Source: an uncultured Anaerolineaceae bacterium
Lineage (GTDB): Bacteria > Chloroflexota > Anaerolineae > Anaerolineales > E44-bin32
DNA length: 64,000 bases
Assembly: GCA_964590515.1 (NCBI GenBank)
Contig: CAZPZD010000001.1
Coordinates: 39,853 to 103,852, forward strand
Direction: 5' to 3'
Positions 63,226 through 64,000 of this stretch are shown piece after piece. The translations under genes and the position numbers were made by a program. Numbering within the stretch: the stretch's first letter is position 1; every line of letters starts with the position of its first letter. The notes below the pieces were generated by a model. That model was not told where the DNA came from, did not search any database, and saw nothing but the letters and a program-made list of their open reading frames with translations.

Positions 63226-64000
63226 ATGATCAGCTTCGAGACCCCCAAGTCGATCCTGGAAACGGTGACCATGATCGAGTCGGTCGCAACCGAGATGATG
63301 CGGCCGGCAGCCCGCTATTACGACGAGCACGAACACGAGGCGCCGTGGGACTACATCAATTTCATGCACGCCGCACTCAAGGCCACCGGGGGGCTGACCA
63401 TGGCCCCCAGTCCGTCGACCGAGGCTGGAACACCCCGAGAGGACTATCAGCGCCTGGCGCACTACATTGAAGCGCTCTCCTGGGGAGACGCCGGACTCTA
63501 CTTGTGCACGCCCCGTGGCGGCCTGGGGGCTGCTGCGGTCTCAGCGACCGGAACTCCGGAGCAGAAGGCTCGTTTTCTGGAACGGTTCAACGGCGACAAG
63601 CCGATCTTCTCTTGCATGGCGATCACGGAGCCGCAGGCCGGCTCCGATACGGCGGCGATTAAGGCCACCGCCGTTCGGGACGGCGACCACTGGGTGCTCA
63701 ACGGCGAGAAAATCTTTGTCACCGGCGGACAGAAATCGCTGGTAGATACTCCCGGATTCGTGGTCGTGTGGGCGACGATCGATCCGTCGGCCGGCCGGGA
63801 GGGGATTCGGTCGTTCGTCGTGGAGGCCGGGACCCCGGGCTGCACGGTGACCAAGCTCGAGAAGAAGCTTGGCATCCGGGCCAGCGACACGGCGGCGATC
63901 TTGTTGACTAACTGCCGGGTACCCCTCGACAACCTGCTCGGGAGCCTTGAAGCCAAGGATCGATCGGTCGAAGGCTACAAAGGGGTGCTGCGAACCTTTG
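63226..64000 (+). CDS. acyl-CoA dehydrogenase, 3' end cut by window edge
   Basis: Not in the ORF track because there is no in-window stop. Translating from ATG 63226 gives MISFETPKSILETV...FSCMAITEPQAGSDTAAIKATAVRDGDHWVLNGEKIFVTGG...KLGIRASDTAAI, which are canonical ACAD N-terminal and middle-domain motifs. A GGAG lies 7 nt upstream. Confidence 0.85.
   Translation, partial: MISFETPKSILETVTMIESVATEMMRPAARYYDEHEHEAPWDYINFMHAALKATGGLTMAPSPSTEAGTPREDYQRLAHYIEALSWGDAGLYLCTPRGGLGAAAVSATGTPEQKARFLERFNGDKPIFSCMAITEPQAGSDTAAIKATAVRDGDHWVLNGEKIFVTGGQKSLVDTPGFVVVWATIDPSAGREGIRSFVVEAGTPGCTVTKLEKKLGIRASDTAAILLTNCRVPLDNLLGSLEAKDRSVEGYKGVLRTF

Noticed and set aside
1-64000. CRISPR arrays, rRNA operons, IS elements and long tandem or dispersed repeats.
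   Set aside because: Reading through all intergenic regions (the longest are only ~125-156 bp), I saw no repeat-spacer periodicity, no transposase-like ORF and no rRNA-like sequence. The only repeated coding sequence is the diverged LysM-M23 triplication.

Overview
GC-rich, very gene-dense chromosomal segment. I call 61 CDS (two cut by the window edges), 4 tRNAs, several intrinsic terminators and some promoter-like elements. There is no rRNA, CRISPR array, transposon or prophage. Content is mostly housekeeping. It includes secA, add, mutM and comEA, a full nusA-ylxR-infB-rbfA-nrnA-truB-ribF block, and era. It also includes rpmF-fabD facing moaC-moaD/E-thrC-like-fabF-rnc-smc, then hutH-hutU and an ABC-2 exporter. 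A TetR-MBL-ACAD-ACAD cluster runs off the right edge. Gene content and promoter style (extended -10 boxes, several apparently leaderless genes, a SecA without a Zn finger, an LCP protein, DUF503/YlxR) suggest a monoderm-like GC-rich lineage, possibly Chloroflexota. That is inference only. I did not find a clear multi-gene novel system such as a defence island. The most interesting items are listed here. (1) A soluble histidine kinase whose N-terminus carries a zinc ribbon and a perfect match to the c-di-GMP-binding MshEN motif. It is translationally coupled to a GAF kinase and an OmpR regulator. (2) A tandem triplication of LysM/unknown-domain/M23 lipoprotein genes. (3) An orphan SPPY DNA methyltransferase placed 2 nt downstream of era. 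(4) A tyrosine-recombinase homologue that has lost its catalytic residues. (5) An unconventional initiator-like tRNA. (6) A greatly expanded SecA. (7) An ACAD pair in which one member has lost the catalytic and FAD-site motifs. All functional calls rest on motif recognition by eye. No searches were run.
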